From assembly GCA_041941765.1 (NCBI GenBank), contig CP145869.1:372019-404018 (forward strand): 32,000 bases of DNA. The letters are read 5' to 3'. The first letter of the stretch is position 1. The number at the start of each line of letters is the position of its first letter. This document shows, piece by piece, positions 13,862-24,145 of this stretch. A model generated the notes under the pieces. The model made no database searches. It had not been told where the DNA came from and saw only the letters and a list, made by a program, of their open reading frames with translations. The position numbers were made by a program, and so were the translations under genes. Source of the DNA: Candidatus Saccharimonadota bacterium. GTDB taxonomy: Bacteria; Pseudomonadota; Gammaproteobacteria; Enterobacterales; Enterobacteriaceae.

Positions 13862-14866
13862 ATGAAAAAACATATTGTATTTAGTGGAATACAACCTTCA
13901 GGTGAATTAACTCTTGGTAATTATATAGGTGCATTACGTCAATGGGTAAAATTACAAGATCAATTTCAATGTATATATAGTATAGTTGATTTACATGCTA
14001 TGACAGTTCATCAAAAATCATCACAATTGCGTAAATCAATTTTTGATACATTGGCTTTATATCTAGCATGCGGATTAGAACCGGATAAATGTATTATTTT
14101 TGTACAATCACATGTTCCTGAACATACTCAGCTCAATTGGATTCTAAATTGTTATGCTTATTTAGGTGAATTAAATCGAATGAAACAATTACGAAACAAA
14201 CTCTTACTTACTTCTAGTAAAATTAATATTGGATTATTTGATTATCCAGTATTAATGGCTGCAGATATTTTATTGTATCAAACTCAGTATGTACCTGTAG
14301 GTGAAGATCAAAGACAACATTTAGAATTATGTAGAAATCTTGCTCATCGTTTTAATACCTTATATGGTCATCGTATTTTTACTATTCCGGAACCATTAAT
14401 ATCCTCATCTGGATCGAGAATTATGTCTTTATTACAACCAAAAAAAAAAATGTCTAAATCAGATAGTAACCGTAATAATGTCATTAGTATATTAGAATCA
14501 CCCCAATCCATTTTGAAAAAAATTCAGCGTGCTGTCACTGATTCAGATCAACCACCTATAATACGTTATGATATTAATCAAAAACCTGGAATTTCTAATT
14601 TACTAAATATTTTATCTGCAATCCGAGACCAATCAATAACTGAATTAGAACAAGAATTTTCTACTAAAATGTATCGTGATCTTAAGCTAGCTGTAGTAGA
14701 TGCTATTTCTCAAATTCTAATTGATCTTCAAGAAAGATATTATCAATATCGTAATGATGAATTATATCTTAATCAAATAATGATTGATGGGGCTATAAAA
14801 GCTCAATCTTATGCTAAAAAAACACTTCATAAAGTATATGAAGCAATTGGTTTAATTATTTATTAG
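13862..14866 (+). CDS. trpS: tryptophan--tRNA ligase
   Basis: 334 aa class I aaRS. HIGH-equivalent region TLGNYIG and a KMSKS loop encoded right after an A11 tract. Confidence 0.95.
   Translation: MKKHIVFSGIQPSGELTLGNYIGALRQWVKLQDQFQCIYSIVDLHAMTVHQKSSQLRKSIFDTLALYLACGLEPDKCIIFVQSHVPEHTQLNWILNCYAYLGELNRMKQLRNKLLLTSSKINIGLFDYPVLMAADILLYQTQYVPVGEDQRQHLELCRNLAHRFNTLYGHRIFTIPEPLISSSGSRIMSLLQPKKKMSKSDSNRNNVISILESPQSILKKIQRAVTDSDQPPIIRYDINQKPGISNLLNILSAIRDQSITELEQEFSTKMYRDLKLAVVDAISQILIDLQERYYQYRNDELYLNQIMIDGAIKAQSYAKKTLHKVYEAIGLIIY
14440..14450 (+). repeat. A11 homopolymer inside trpS
   Basis: Direct count: cca aaa aaa aaa atg tct aaa tca, encoding P-KKK-MSKS. The frame is intact as given. Confidence 0.95.
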
Positions 14867-15056
14867 TAGTAGTGATTGATTCATTATTAAGTAAGTTTAT
14901 GTATATGTAAGAAAATGATAACAATTTTGTTTATTATTATATAATAAACTAATTGTTCAATAATAATTAATATTATTTAAAACTGGATCAGTGATTATAA
15001 TATATAATAACTTCGTTATATGTAGATTAATTATAATTAAGGAGAATCTGATTGAA

Positions 15057-16358
15057 ATGTCGGATTTTTTAACATTACACCCGATCTCATTAATAAATGG
15101 TAGGGTAGATTTACCGGGATCTAAAAGTATATCTAATCGTGCATTACTTCTAGCCGCTCAAGCACATGGTATAACTATTTTAAAAAATCTCCTAGACAGT
15201 GATGATGTGAGATATATGTTAAAAGCATTAAGTAAAATGGGTATAAAATATGAACTTTCCAAAAGTAATACTATTTGTAAAATAGTAGGTTGTGGAGGTC
15301 CATTATTATATAATAATATAATGCCTAAAAAATCTTTAGAACTGTTTTTGGGTAATGCTGGGACAGCTATGCGTCCACTTACTGCAGCGCTTAGTTTAAC
15401 TTCTAATGATGTAATTTTAACTGGTGAAGCACGTATGAAAGAACGTCCAATAGGATATTTAGTAGACTCATTACGTCAAGGTGGTGCAAATATTGACTAT
15501 TTAGAACAAACCAATTATCCACCAATTCGTTCACGAGGCGGTTTTACAGGTGGAAAGATTATCATAGATGGTAGTTATTCTAGTCAATTTTTAAGTGCTG
15601 TTTTAATTGCTGCACCATTAGCATTAAATGATACAAACATTAAGATTAAGGGAAAATTAATTTCACGTCCATATATTGATATTACATTAAATTTGCTACG
15701 TCATTTTGGAATTAGGATTGAAAATAAAAACTATCTTGAATTTCAGATCAATGGAAATCAAAGATATATTTCTCCAGGAACGTATATAGTAGAGGGCGAT
15801 GCTTCTTCAGCATCATATTTTTTAGCTGCAGCAGCTATTAAAGGCGGAACTGTACATGTAACTGGTCTTGGATGCAACAGTATACAAGGAGATATTTATT
15901 TTGCTGAAATTCTTAAAAATATGGGAGCGAAAATTCAATGGAGTACTAATAAAATTAGCTGTCAACGTGGTAGTAATCTTACAGCAATTGATTTAGATAT
16001 GAATACTATGCCAGATGTTGCTATGACATTAGCAACCATGTCTATATTTGCTAAAGGTACTACTATATTACGTAATATTTATAGTTGGCGTCTTAAGGAA
16101 ACAGATCGTCTAAAAGCGATGACTACAGAATTACGTAAAATAGGAGCAAATGTAATCGAAGGAAGAGATTATATCTGTATTACGCCGCCAAAAAAAATTA
16201 CTTCTTCAACAATTGAGACTTATAACGACCATCGCATGGCAATGTGTTTTTCGCTAGTCGCACTTTCTTCGGTACCAATAACAATTATAAATCCTAATTG
16301 TGTAAATAAAACCTATCCTAATTATTTTAGTCAATTGAGGCATATTAGTCATTACTAA
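15057..16358 (+). CDS. aroA: 3-phosphoshikimate 1-carboxyvinyltransferase (EPSP synthase)
   Basis: The ATG at 15057 is preceded by AAGGAG at 15039-15044. [34 protein letters not shown] aligns with the E. coli AroA N-terminus. The track start at 14991 (GTG) adds 22 non-homologous residues. Confidence 0.94.
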   Translation: MSDFLTLHPISLINGRVDLPGSKSISNRALLLAAQAHGITILKNLLDSDDVRYMLKALSKMGIKYELSKSNTICKIVGCGGPLLYNNIMPKKSLELFLGNAGTAMRPLTAALSLTSNDVILTGEARMKERPIGYLVDSLRQGGANIDYLEQTNYPPIRSRGGFTGGKIIIDGSYSSQFLSAVLIAAPLALNDTNIKIKGKLISRPYIDITLNLLRHFGIRIENKNYLEFQINGNQRYISPGTYIVEGDASSASYFLAAAAIKGGTVHVTGLGCNSIQGDIYFAEILKNMGAKIQWSTNKISCQRGSNLTAIDLDMNTMPDVAMTLATMSIFAKGTTILRNIYSWRLKETDRLKAMTTELRKIGANVIEGRDYICITPPKKITSSTIETYNDHRMAMCFSLVALSSVPITIINPNCVNKTYPNYFSQLRHISHY

Positions 16359-16383
16359 ATCATTTTTTAGGTAATTTTTTTGT

Positions 16384-17070
16384 ATGAATTTTAAAGTTCC
16401 AGTAATTACTATTGATGGTCCAGCAGGTGTAGGAAAAGGAACAATTTGTTCTTTACTTTCTAAAAAATTACAATGGCATTATTTAAACTCAGGTGTAATT
16501 TATCGAGTACTTGCTTTTTTAGCACTTCATCATAAAATCTCAGTAACAGATAAAACCACCTTAGAATCCATAGCAATGAATTTAGACATCCATTTAAAAA
16601 TAAAAAATGGTGAATTGAAAATAATTTTTGAAGAGAGAAATATTTCCAATATGATTTATATGGAACCAGTAGGAGAATTGGCTTCAAAACTTGCGCTCTT
16701 ACCAAATGTTAGACAAGCTTTGTTATATAAATTACGTACATGTCGATTGTTACCGGGATTAATTGCTGAGGGTCGCGATATGGGAACAGTAGTTTTTCCT
16801 GATGCAAGTGTAAAATTTTTTTTAGATGCTAGCATTGAAAAACGATCACTTCGACGAATGTTACAGTTGCAGAAAAAAGGCTTTAATGTTAAATTTAAAC
16901 AATTACTTTATGAACTCAAAACACGAGATTATCGTGATAGTAATAGAACAATAGCACCCTTAAAACCAGCTAAAAATGCTATCATTATAGACTCAACTAA
17001 CCTGAATATTGAACAGGTCTTTGAAAAGGTTTTAAATTATGTATTTTTACAAATTGAGGTTCCTAAATAA
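16384..17070 (+). CDS. cmk: cytidylate kinase
   Basis: 228 aa. P-loop IDGPAGVGKGT. aroA-cmk-rpsA order as in E. coli. Confidence 0.94.
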   Translation: MNFKVPVITIDGPAGVGKGTICSLLSKKLQWHYLNSGVIYRVLAFLALHHKISVTDKTTLESIAMNLDIHLKIKNGELKIIFEERNISNMIYMEPVGELASKLALLPNVRQALLYKLRTCRLLPGLIAEGRDMGTVVFPDASVKFFLDASIEKRSLRRMLQLQKKGFNVKFKQLLYELKTRDYRDSNRTIAPLKPAKNAIIIDSTNLNIEQVFEKVLNYVFLQIEVPK

Positions 17071-17182
17071 TTTAATTATGATGAATAAAAGTAATTACTC
17101 ATCCGATATCAAACCATCCCATCTGTCTGTATTTTAGATGGATATTCTCTTAATAATTTTAATTTTCTAAAGAAATTACAAT

Positions 17183-18847
17183 ATGACTGAATCTTTTGCT
17201 CAACTCTTCGAAGAGTCCCTCAAAGAAATAAAAATTCGTCCCGGTTCTATTCTTACTGGCAAAGTGATTGCTATTGATAAAGATATAGTTTGGGTTGATG
17301 CTGGGTTGAAATCAGAGTCTCCTATCCCAATTGAACAGTTTAAAAATGCTAATGGAGAACTGGAAATTAAGGAAGGTAATAAAATAGATGTTGCTTTAGA
17401 AGCAGTAGAAGACGGTTTTGGAAAAACATTACTTTCCCGTGAAAAAGCTAAACGCTATGAAGCATGGTTAAATTTGGAAAAAGCTCACGAAAAAGCTACA
17501 AGTGTTTTAGGTATTATTAATGGTAAAGTTAAAGGTGGTTTTACTGTTGATTTACAAGGAGTTAGAGCTTTTCTTCCTGGTTCTTTAGTAGATATGCGTC
17601 CAGTACGTGAGACTTTACATTTAGAAGGAAAGGAACTGGAATTCAAAGTAATAAAACTAGATCAAAAACGTAATAATGTAGTAGTATCACGTCGTGCTGT
17701 TATTGAATCAGAAAATAGTGCTGAAAGAGAACAATTATTGGAAAATTTACAAGAAGGAACCATTGCCAAGGGAAGTATAAAAAATCTTACTGACTATGGA
17801 GCTTTTGTTGATTTAGGTGGAGTTGATGGTTTATTGCACATTACTGATATTGCATGGAAAAGAATCAAGCATCCTAGCGAAATTGTTAAAGTGGGAGATG
17901 AAATTAGTGTTAAGATATTAAAATTTGATCGCGAGAAAATGCGTGTCTCTCTAGGATTAAAACAACTTAGTGAAGACCCATGGATTTCCATTACAAAACG
18001 TTATCCTGAAGGTACTCGTATAGAAGGACGAGTAACTAACATTACTGATTATGGTTTTTTTGTTGAAATTGAAGAGGGTGTAGAAGGATTAGTACATGTT
18101 TCAGAAATCGATTGGACTAATAAAAATATTCATCCGTCTAAAGTAGTTAAAGTTCATGATAGGGTTAAAGTAATGGTCTTAGATATTGATGAAATACGTC
18201 GTCGTATATCTTTAGGTCTTAAACAGTGTACAATAAATCCATGGCAAGTCTTTGCCGAAACTTATCAGAAAGGTGATCAAGTTAAAGGCAGAATTAAAGC
18301 CATCACAGATTTTGGGATTTTCATTGGATTAAATGGTAATATTGATGGATTAGTACATCTTTCAGATATTTCTTGGAATCTAACTGGAGAAGAAGCAGTT
18401 TGTAAATATAAAAAGGGTGATGAAATAATAACAGTAGTTTTACAGGTAGATGCTGAACGTGAGAGAATTTCTCTTGGTATTAAACAACTTGAAGAAGATC
18501 CATTTAATCATTATATTTCTTTAAAGAAAAAAGGAACTGTAGTTACAGGAAAAGTAATAAGTTTTGATTTAAAAGGTGCTAGTATTAAATTAGCTGATGG
18601 AGTTGAAGGTTATTTGCGTACTGCTGATGTAACTAAGAGAAACTTAGAAGATTTTCATCCAGTTGTTAATAAAGAAGTACTTGTGAAGATTATTGGTATT
18701 GATCGAAAAAATCGTCTAGTTCTTCTTTCGGCTGTGACAAAAAATCACTCTGACAACCACGATTCAATGGACACTACTAATAATAATAAAGTTAATAAAT
18801 TTTCTAATGCTATGGTTGAAGCCTTTAAAGCTGCAAAAGGTGAATAA
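17183..18847 (+). CDS. rpsA: 30S ribosomal protein S1
   Basis: 554 aa. Starts [13 protein letters not shown] and contains six S1 repeats (repeated GxV..ItdyGaFV..gvdGLvHiSe pattern). Confidence 0.97.
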   Translation: MTESFAQLFEESLKEIKIRPGSILTGKVIAIDKDIVWVDAGLKSESPIPIEQFKNANGELEIKEGNKIDVALEAVEDGFGKTLLSREKAKRYEAWLNLEKAHEKATSVLGIINGKVKGGFTVDLQGVRAFLPGSLVDMRPVRETLHLEGKELEFKVIKLDQKRNNVVVSRRAVIESENSAEREQLLENLQEGTIAKGSIKNLTDYGAFVDLGGVDGLLHITDIAWKRIKHPSEIVKVGDEISVKILKFDREKMRVSLGLKQLSEDPWISITKRYPEGTRIEGRVTNITDYGFFVEIEEGVEGLVHVSEIDWTNKNIHPSKVVKVHDRVKVMVLDIDEIRRRISLGLKQCTINPWQVFAETYQKGDQVKGRIKAITDFGIFIGLNGNIDGLVHLSDISWNLTGEEAVCKYKKGDEIITVVLQVDAERERISLGIKQLEEDPFNHYISLKKKGTVVTGKVISFDLKGASIKLADGVEGYLRTADVTKRNLEDFHPVVNKEVLVKIIGIDRKNRLVLLSAVTKNHSDNHDSMDTTNNNKVNKFSNAMVEAFKAAKGE

Positions 18848-18892
18848 AATTGATTTTTTATTAAAGTGAAAAAAAAGAGAAGAGTATAATAA

Positions 18893-18969
18893 TGGTGGGT
18901 CGTGCAGGATTTGAACCTGCGACCAATTGATTAAAAGTCAACTGCTCTACCAAACTGAGCTAACGACCC
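18893..18969 (-). tRNA. lysV: tRNA-Lys (anticodon TTT), CCA encoded
   Basis: The reverse complement GGGTCGTTAGCTCAGTTTGGTAGAGCAGTTGACTTTTAATCAATTGGTCGCAGGTTCAAATCCTGCACGACCCACCA is nearly identical to E. coli tRNA-Lys. Confidence 0.95.
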
Positions 18970-19006
18970 TACTAAAAAAAATATATTATAATTTTGATTG
19001 TTGTGG

Positions 19007-19082
19007 TGGTAGGTGATGACGGATTCGAACCGCCGACCCCCTCCTTGTAAGGGAGGTGCTCTACCGCTTGAGCTAATCACCC
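19007..19082 (-). tRNA. valU: tRNA-Val (anticodon TAC), CCA encoded
   Basis: The reverse complement is GGGTGATTAGCTCAAGCGGTAGAGCACCTCCCTTACAAGGAGGGGGTCGGCGGTTCGAATCCGTCATCACCTACCA. It is divergent from gltX as in E. coli. A second CCA triplet follows at 19004-19006. Confidence 0.93.
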
Positions 19083-19182
19083 ATAAAATTTATTTAATAA
19101 TTGTGTGTGTGGCATTAATTATAGAGATACTTTAAAGTGAGTCAAACCTTTTTAATAAAATTATTAGATTTTTAATCGAACT

Positions 19183-20586
19183 ATGAAAATTAAAACGCGC
19201 TTCGCACCTAGTCCAACTGGTTATCTACATTTAGGTAATATTCGTACTGCTCTTTATTCGTGGTTATTTGCTCATCACCATGGAGGAGAATTTATATTAC
19301 GTATTGAAGATACGGATCGCGAAAGGTCGAGTCAAAAAGCTATTAATTTAATCATAGATAGTATGAAATGGTTAAAATTAGATTGGGATCAGGGTCCTTT
19401 TTACCAAAGTACACGTCTTACACGCTATAATGAAGTAATTGAGCATATGTTAAACATCGGAACGGCCTATAAATGTTATTGTACCAAAAATAGATTGGAA
19501 AAGTTACGACTTTCACAAATAGCAGAAGGTAAAAAAGCGCGTTACGATGGTCATTGTCGTGAATCTTATTATCATAACCATCATATTATTAATGCTCCTT
19601 ATGTAGTACGATTTTGTAATCCTCGTCAAGGAATTAATTCTTTTACCGATCTTATTCGAGGGAGTATTAGAGTAAATAATTGTGAACTTGATGATCTTAT
19701 TATTCGTCGTTCTAATGGGTTACCTACATATAATTTTTGTGTAGCTATTGATGATTGGGATATGCAAATAACACATGTTATTCGTGGTGAAGATCATATT
19801 AGCAATACATTTCGTCAACTGAATATTTTAAGAGCCTTGGGAGCTTATATTCCGGCTTATGCTCATGTTCCCATAATTTTAGATGAAAATGGAACAAGAC
19901 TTTCTAAACGTCAGGGTTCACTTAATATTATGCAATATCGTGATAATGGTTATTTACCAGAAGCACTGCTTAATTATTTAGTAAGGTTAGGATGGTCATG
20001 TGGAGATAAGGAAATTTTCACCATTGAAGAAATGAAATCTTTATTTACTTTAGAAAAAGTAAGTAAATCAGCTAGTACATTGAATCCTAAAAAGCTATTA
20101 TGGTTAAATCACCAGTATATTAAGACGTTACCAATAAATTATGTTGCTACTCAATTAAAATGGCATATTGATAATGAAAATATTGATATTAGTTCTGGAC
20201 CAACTTTAATTCAGTTAGTAGAATTATTTCGTGAAAGATGTAAAACTCTAAAAGAAATAATAGTTTCTAGTCACTATTTATATAAAGACTTTAATATAAA
20301 CCAATCTGACGATATTATTCATCCAACATCTATAACCGCATTAAAAATAGTACGTAATAAATTATCAATTATTACTGATTGGACAGTAAATAATATTTCC
20401 TATGCGATCAAAAGTTCGGCTCAGGAACTAAATATAAAGCTTAGTGAAGTTAGTATGCCCTTGCGTATAGCTATCACAGGATCTAAAAAATCACCCGCTC
20501 TTGATATGATTCTGTATACTATGGGAAAAATAAAAGTTATCACTCGCATTGAAAAAACCTTGAAATTTTTGTTAAGTTTTGAATAA
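19183..20586 (+). CDS. gltX: glutamate--tRNA ligase
   Basis: 467 aa. Contains [18 protein letters not shown] (HIGH region), the Zn-site-like CYC...HC segment and a KLSKR (KMSKS-type) loop. Confidence 0.96.
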   Translation: MKIKTRFAPSPTGYLHLGNIRTALYSWLFAHHHGGEFILRIEDTDRERSSQKAINLIIDSMKWLKLDWDQGPFYQSTRLTRYNEVIEHMLNIGTAYKCYCTKNRLEKLRLSQIAEGKKARYDGHCRESYYHNHHIINAPYVVRFCNPRQGINSFTDLIRGSIRVNNCELDDLIIRRSNGLPTYNFCVAIDDWDMQITHVIRGEDHISNTFRQLNILRALGAYIPAYAHVPIILDENGTRLSKRQGSLNIMQYRDNGYLPEALLNYLVRLGWSCGDKEIFTIEEMKSLFTLEKVSKSASTLNPKKLLWLNHQYIKTLPINYVATQLKWHIDNENIDISSGPTLIQLVELFRERCKTLKEIIVSSHYLYKDFNINQSDDIIHPTSITALKIVRNKLSIITDWTVNNISYAIKSSAQELNIKLSEVSMPLRIAITGSKKSPALDMILYTMGKIKVITRIEKTLKFLLSFE

Positions 20587-20592
20587 AAATGA

Positions 20593-20668
20593 GGGGCTAT
20601 AGCTCAATTGGTAGAGCAATTGCATGGCATGCAATAGGTCAGCGGTTCAAATCCGCTTAGCTCCACCA
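20593..20668 (+). tRNA. alaX: tRNA-Ala (anticodon GGC), CCA encoded
   Basis: GGGGCTATAGCTCAATTGGTAGAGCAATTGCATGGCATGCAATAGGTCAGCGGTTCAAATCCGCTTAGCTCCACCA, with the G3:U70 identity pair present. Starts 6 nt after the gltX stop. Confidence 0.95.
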
Positions 20669-20702
20669 TCCATATATATTATATATACTAACTTATTTAT
20701 TC

Positions 20703-21902
20703 TTAGATAGAGAATAATCCTGTTATAGAAGCAGACAATATACTTACTAAAGTAGATCCATAAAGTAATTTTAATCCATCTCTAGCAACAATATCACCTT
20801 GTTTTTTATTTAAACCTTTTACACTTCCAGAAATAATACCGATAGAGGAAAAATTAGCAAATGAAACTAAAAATACTGATAGTATTCCTATACTACGTGT
20901 AGACATTTGGTCACTTATTTTTGCAAGAGTTTGCATAGCTATAAATTCGTTACCTACTAACTTAATAGCCATAATACTTCCAGCTTGAAAAGCTTCATGA
21001 TTGGGTATACCTATTAACCATGCAAACGGAAAAAAAATATAACCAAGAAAATCTTGAAAGCTAATCCCAAAGAGAGTAAGAAATATCATATTAAAAGCAG
21101 TTATTAAAGCAATAAATCCAATTAACATTGCAGTTACAATAGCTGCTATTTTAAAACCAATTAGAATATATTCGCCCAACATTTCAAAAAAACTGTGTTT
21201 CGTATTATTCATCCAATGACTTTTAAGTAAATCTTTTTCTTCATTTGGTAATACTTGATATGGATTAATTACTGATAAAATAATAAAAGAACTAAACATA
21301 TTAAGTACTAAAGCTGTAATAATATATCTAGCTTGTAATAATGTCATATAAGAACCTAGGATTGATAGAGATACAGTAGACATAGCTGTCGCAGATAAAG
21401 TATATATTCTTTGAGGAGAAAGTTTTCCAAGAATATTTTTATAAGGAATAAAGTTTTCTGATTGTCCAACTATTAAAGAACTAACTGCATTAAATGATTC
21501 TAATTTTCCCATACCATTAATTTTAGATAAAATGGTACCGGTTATTTGGATGAAAAGAGGTAAAATATGAATATATTGTAGAATTCCAATTAGGGCTGAA
21601 ATAAATATTATTGGACACATTACATTTAAGAAAAAAAGTGCTAATCCAAATTGTCTTACATTACCAAACACAAAATCAGTACCTGCTGCTGCACATTTCA
21701 TTAATACCACAAAAAAACTAGCAACACTTTTTATTATAATAGTGCCTATTTCTGATCCTAGAAAAAACCATGCAAGAAATATTTCTATAATTAATAATTG
21801 GATTATAAAACGAATACGAATAAGTTTTCGGTCCTTGCTCACAAGCAATGCTAGTAATACTATTATTATGAATGAAAATATAAAATGATAAATGTGAGAC
21901 AT
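20703..21902 (-). CDS. nupC: nucleoside:H+ symporter (CNT family)
   Basis: A start at the ATG at 21902 (MSHIYHFIF...[17 protein letters not shown]) aligns with the E. coli NupC N-terminus. The protein is polytopic. The track ORF extends 24 codons further to a TTG at 21974 with no homology. Confidence 0.92.
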   Translation of the reverse strand: MSHIYHFIFSFIIIVLLALLVSKDRKLIRIRFIIQLLIIEIFLAWFFLGSEIGTIIIKSVASFFVVLMKCAAAGTDFVFGNVRQFGLALFFLNVMCPIIFISALIGILQYIHILPLFIQITGTILSKINGMGKLESFNAVSSLIVGQSENFIPYKNILGKLSPQRIYTLSATAMSTVSLSILGSYMTLLQARYIITALVLNMFSSFIILSVINPYQVLPNEEKDLLKSHWMNNTKHSFFEMLGEYILIGFKIAAIVTAMLIGFIALITAFNMIFLTLFGISFQDFLGYIFFPFAWLIGIPNHEAFQAGSIMAIKLVGNEFIAMQTLAKISDQMSTRSIGILSVFLVSFANFSSIGIISGSVKGLNKKQGDIVARDGLKLLYGSTLVSILSASITGLFSI

Positions 21903-22038
21903 GCATAATGCTCCGAAAAATGAGATTATCTTCGTTATGATAATATTATGATTAATTCTCTTATTAAGATACAAATAATATATATTTATTTTGATTTTTA
22001 TTCATTCATTTATTAATTAATTGATTCCTGAATGATGA

Positions 22039-22111
22039 TGTTCCTTATAGGATTTGAACCTATAACTAGCCCTTAGGAGAGGCTTATTATATCCATTTTA
22101 ACTAAAGGAAC
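22039..22111 (-). tRNA. argW: tRNA-Arg (anticodon CCT)
   Basis: The reverse complement GTTCCTTTAGTTAAAATGGATATAATAAGCCTCTCCTAAGGGCTAGTTATAGGTTCAAATCCTATAAGGAACA folds as a cloverleaf. The anticodon loop is CTCCTAA and it is colinear with E. coli argW. CCA is not encoded. Confidence 0.88.
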
Positions 22112-22190
22112 AAAGACTATTTATTATAATAAAAAATCGATTATTGGTAAAACTGTACGAAAACAGTTGCGTTATTATATATTTGTAAAA

Positions 22191-23321
22191 ATGAAACTAT
22201 TATCTATGTTAATTATTCAATCGTTACTTCATATTTTTCCATTTGAATCAAAAAAAAATCAAATGGTTTTAGATGTTTATAATAGTAAAATTTTACCATT
22301 TTTTCGTTATGCAGATAATAAAATATTGCATAAAATATGTCAGATTCTTCGTCTTAATTTAATGGCCGATGTAGTTGCAATGACTAATACTAAACAGGTA
22401 TTAGCATATTCTGGTGTAGGTAGTACATATTATGCTTATGATAGAAGTCTCGGGTATATAACAGCTCAAGTGCTACAATATGGAGTTATTATCATTCAAA
22501 ATCATCTTCACCCATATACGTTTCCACAAGTCAATTTAGTAGTAATAATTCCAATATGGGAACAAGATTGTATTATAGGAACACTTAAAGTTTGTTATAA
22601 TAATAATTATATTTCAGTAGGAGAAAAAGAGTTTTTAAAAAAAATAACTCTTTTTTTATCAAAAAAAATATCTACTGAGATTGAAATCTCTCGTTTTCAT
22701 AATTTGTGTATAATAACTCATAAAATTTATTTACAAGCTTTACAAAGAATAATCAATCCTCATTTTATTTTTAATACTTTAAATACTGTTTATTCATTAA
22801 TAAGATTAAATCCAACAAGTGCTAGAAGGCTTATAATTAATTTATCGTATTATTTACGTTATCATATTGAAAGAAACGAATATGAGTTTATAGATCTTAA
22901 AAAAGAGCTATGTTATATTAAAAATTATATAGCAATTGAAAAAATACGATTTGGTAAAAAACTTACTGTAATCTATAAAATAGATAAAAATATTGTGTGT
23001 TTTATTCCCAATTTATTAATTCAACCATTAGTAGAAAATGCCATTTATCATGGTATTCAACGTAGTAAAGATATTACTATTGTTCTGAGTATTAAACAAA
23101 TGAATGATACCATTATTATGGTATCAGTACGTGATACGGGAAATGGTATTAGTGAAGAAATGATAGAAAGAATAAAATGTAATGAAACTACTGTTAATTA
23201 TCATAATAATAAAATTGGCTTATTAAATGTTCATCAACGTATTAAATTACTATACGGTAAGGGATTACATATTAAAAAACATTGGCCGGGAACTGAAATT
23301 TATTTTTTTCTAAATAAATAG
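22191..23321 (+). CDS. ypdA: LytS-family sensor histidine kinase lacking the N-terminal 5TM sensor domain (GAF + His_kinase + HATPase core)
   Basis: The phospho-acceptor box RIINPHFIFNTLNTV sits at about residue 190. N box QPLVENAIYHGI, G1 VRDTGNGI and G2 KIGLLNVHQRIKLLYG are present. The start is uncertain (TTG 22167, ATG 22191 or ATG 22263). Orthology to ypdA rests on the partner gene and on synteny with nupC/argW. Confidence 0.8.
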   Translation: MKLLSMLIIQSLLHIFPFESKKNQMVLDVYNSKILPFFRYADNKILHKICQILRLNLMADVVAMTNTKQVLAYSGVGSTYYAYDRSLGYITAQVLQYGVIIIQNHLHPYTFPQVNLVVIIPIWEQDCIIGTLKVCYNNNYISVGEKEFLKKITLFLSKKISTEIEISRFHNLCIITHKIYLQALQRIINPHFIFNTLNTVYSLIRLNPTSARRLIINLSYYLRYHIERNEYEFIDLKKELCYIKNYIAIEKIRFGKKLTVIYKIDKNIVCFIPNLLIQPLVENAIYHGIQRSKDITIVLSIKQMNDTIIMVSVRDTGNGISEEMIERIKCNETTVNYHNNKIGLLNVHQRIKLLYGKGLHIKKHWPGTEIYFFLNK

Positions 23322-23345
23322 ATGTTATTTCTTACCAATTATTTT

Positions 23346-24107
23346 ATGAAAACTTTAAATATTGTGAAAGCTATCATTATTGAAGACGAAATTTCAGCTC
23401 AACAAGAATTAAATTGGCTAATAGGTAAATATAGTAAGATTATAATTAATAAAATTTTTGATGATGGTTTAAATGTATTAAAATATCTTCAATCTAATAA
23501 AGTTGATGTAATTTTTTTAGATATTCGTCTTCCTATTTTAGATGGAATATTATTAGCTAAAAATATTAATAATTGTGCCAATAAACCACTAATTGTATTT
23601 ATTAGTGCTTATCAAGAACATGCTATTGAAGCTTTTGAAATAGAAGCATTTGATTATATTCTTAAACCTTGGCAGGAAACACGTATTGCAAGAATGTTGC
23701 AAAAATTAGAAATATGCTGGAAGCAACAAAAATTACTCAATCCTAAAAATTTTTCCTTAAATTTTTCTTCAAAATCCCAAACTATGAATTTAATGAAAAA
23801 TAAACGTTTTATTGTTACTCACCTTAGTGATATCTGTTATGTAGAAGCTCATAAAAAAATGATTTTTATTTATACGATATCGGGTGGAGAATATATAATG
23901 CCTATCAGTATGAGTAATTTTTGTATACAGTTACCCTTAAGCTCTTTTTTTCGATGTCATCGTTCATATTGTATTAATACGTGTCAAATTATAGAAATTG
24001 AACCATGGTTTAATCATACTTATCTGTTGCAACTTCGAGGACAAAAACTCAAAGTTCCGGTAAGTCGCAGTAGAGTAAAAGAATTTAGGCAACTCATGCA
24101 TCTTTAG
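23346..24107 (+). CDS. ypdB: LytTR-family response regulator
   Basis: Receiver domain (IIIEDE, FLDIRLP, FDYILKP) plus a LytTR domain (FFRCHRSY...VPVSRSRVKEFRQLMHL), colinear with E. coli YpdB as recalled. An alternative ATG at 23322 abuts the kinase stop (TAGATG). Confidence 0.88.
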   Translation: MKTLNIVKAIIIEDEISAQQELNWLIGKYSKIIINKIFDDGLNVLKYLQSNKVDVIFLDIRLPILDGILLAKNINNCANKPLIVFISAYQEHAIEAFEIEAFDYILKPWQETRIARMLQKLEICWKQQKLLNPKNFSLNFSSKSQTMNLMKNKRFIVTHLSDICYVEAHKKMIFIYTISGGEYIMPISMSNFCIQLPLSSFFRCHRSYCINTCQIIEIEPWFNHTYLLQLRGQKLKVPVSRSRVKEFRQLMHL

Positions 24108-24127
24108 AGGTATTTAGTTCTTTATCA

Positions 24128-24145
24128 AAAGCTATTAATAGCTTT
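24128..24145 (+). terminator. weak AT-rich hairpin after ypdB (possible intrinsic terminator)
   Basis: AAAGCTAT-TA-ATAGCTTT is a perfect inverted repeat followed by ATCTATTTTATTA. It has only two G:C pairs, so stability is low. Confidence 0.3.

Noticed and set aside
14991-15056. Upstream extensions of track ORFs (aroA from GTG 14991; queE from TTG 24384; PRTase from 27355; UbiD-like from 27806)
   Set aside because: In each case a downstream in-frame ATG has a better Shine-Dalgarno and/or marks where homology begins, and the longer forms overlap the preceding gene or add AT-rich junk residues.
17119-17141. CCATCT...AGATGG hairpin in the cmk-rpsA spacer
   Set aside because: It has a 6-bp stem with an 11-nt loop. 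It could be a cmk terminator or part of the structured rpsA leader known from E. coli, but similarity to that leader could not be established by eye.
16460-17991. Minus-strand ORFs 16460-16705 and 17794-17991
   Set aside because: They are antisense shadows of cmk and rpsA with no independent support.
21718-21974. ORF 21718-21906 and the 24-codon N-terminal extension of nupC to TTG 21974
   Set aside because: The first is an alternative frame overlapping nupC. The extension has no homology, whereas the ATG at 21902 aligns with the NupC N-terminus.
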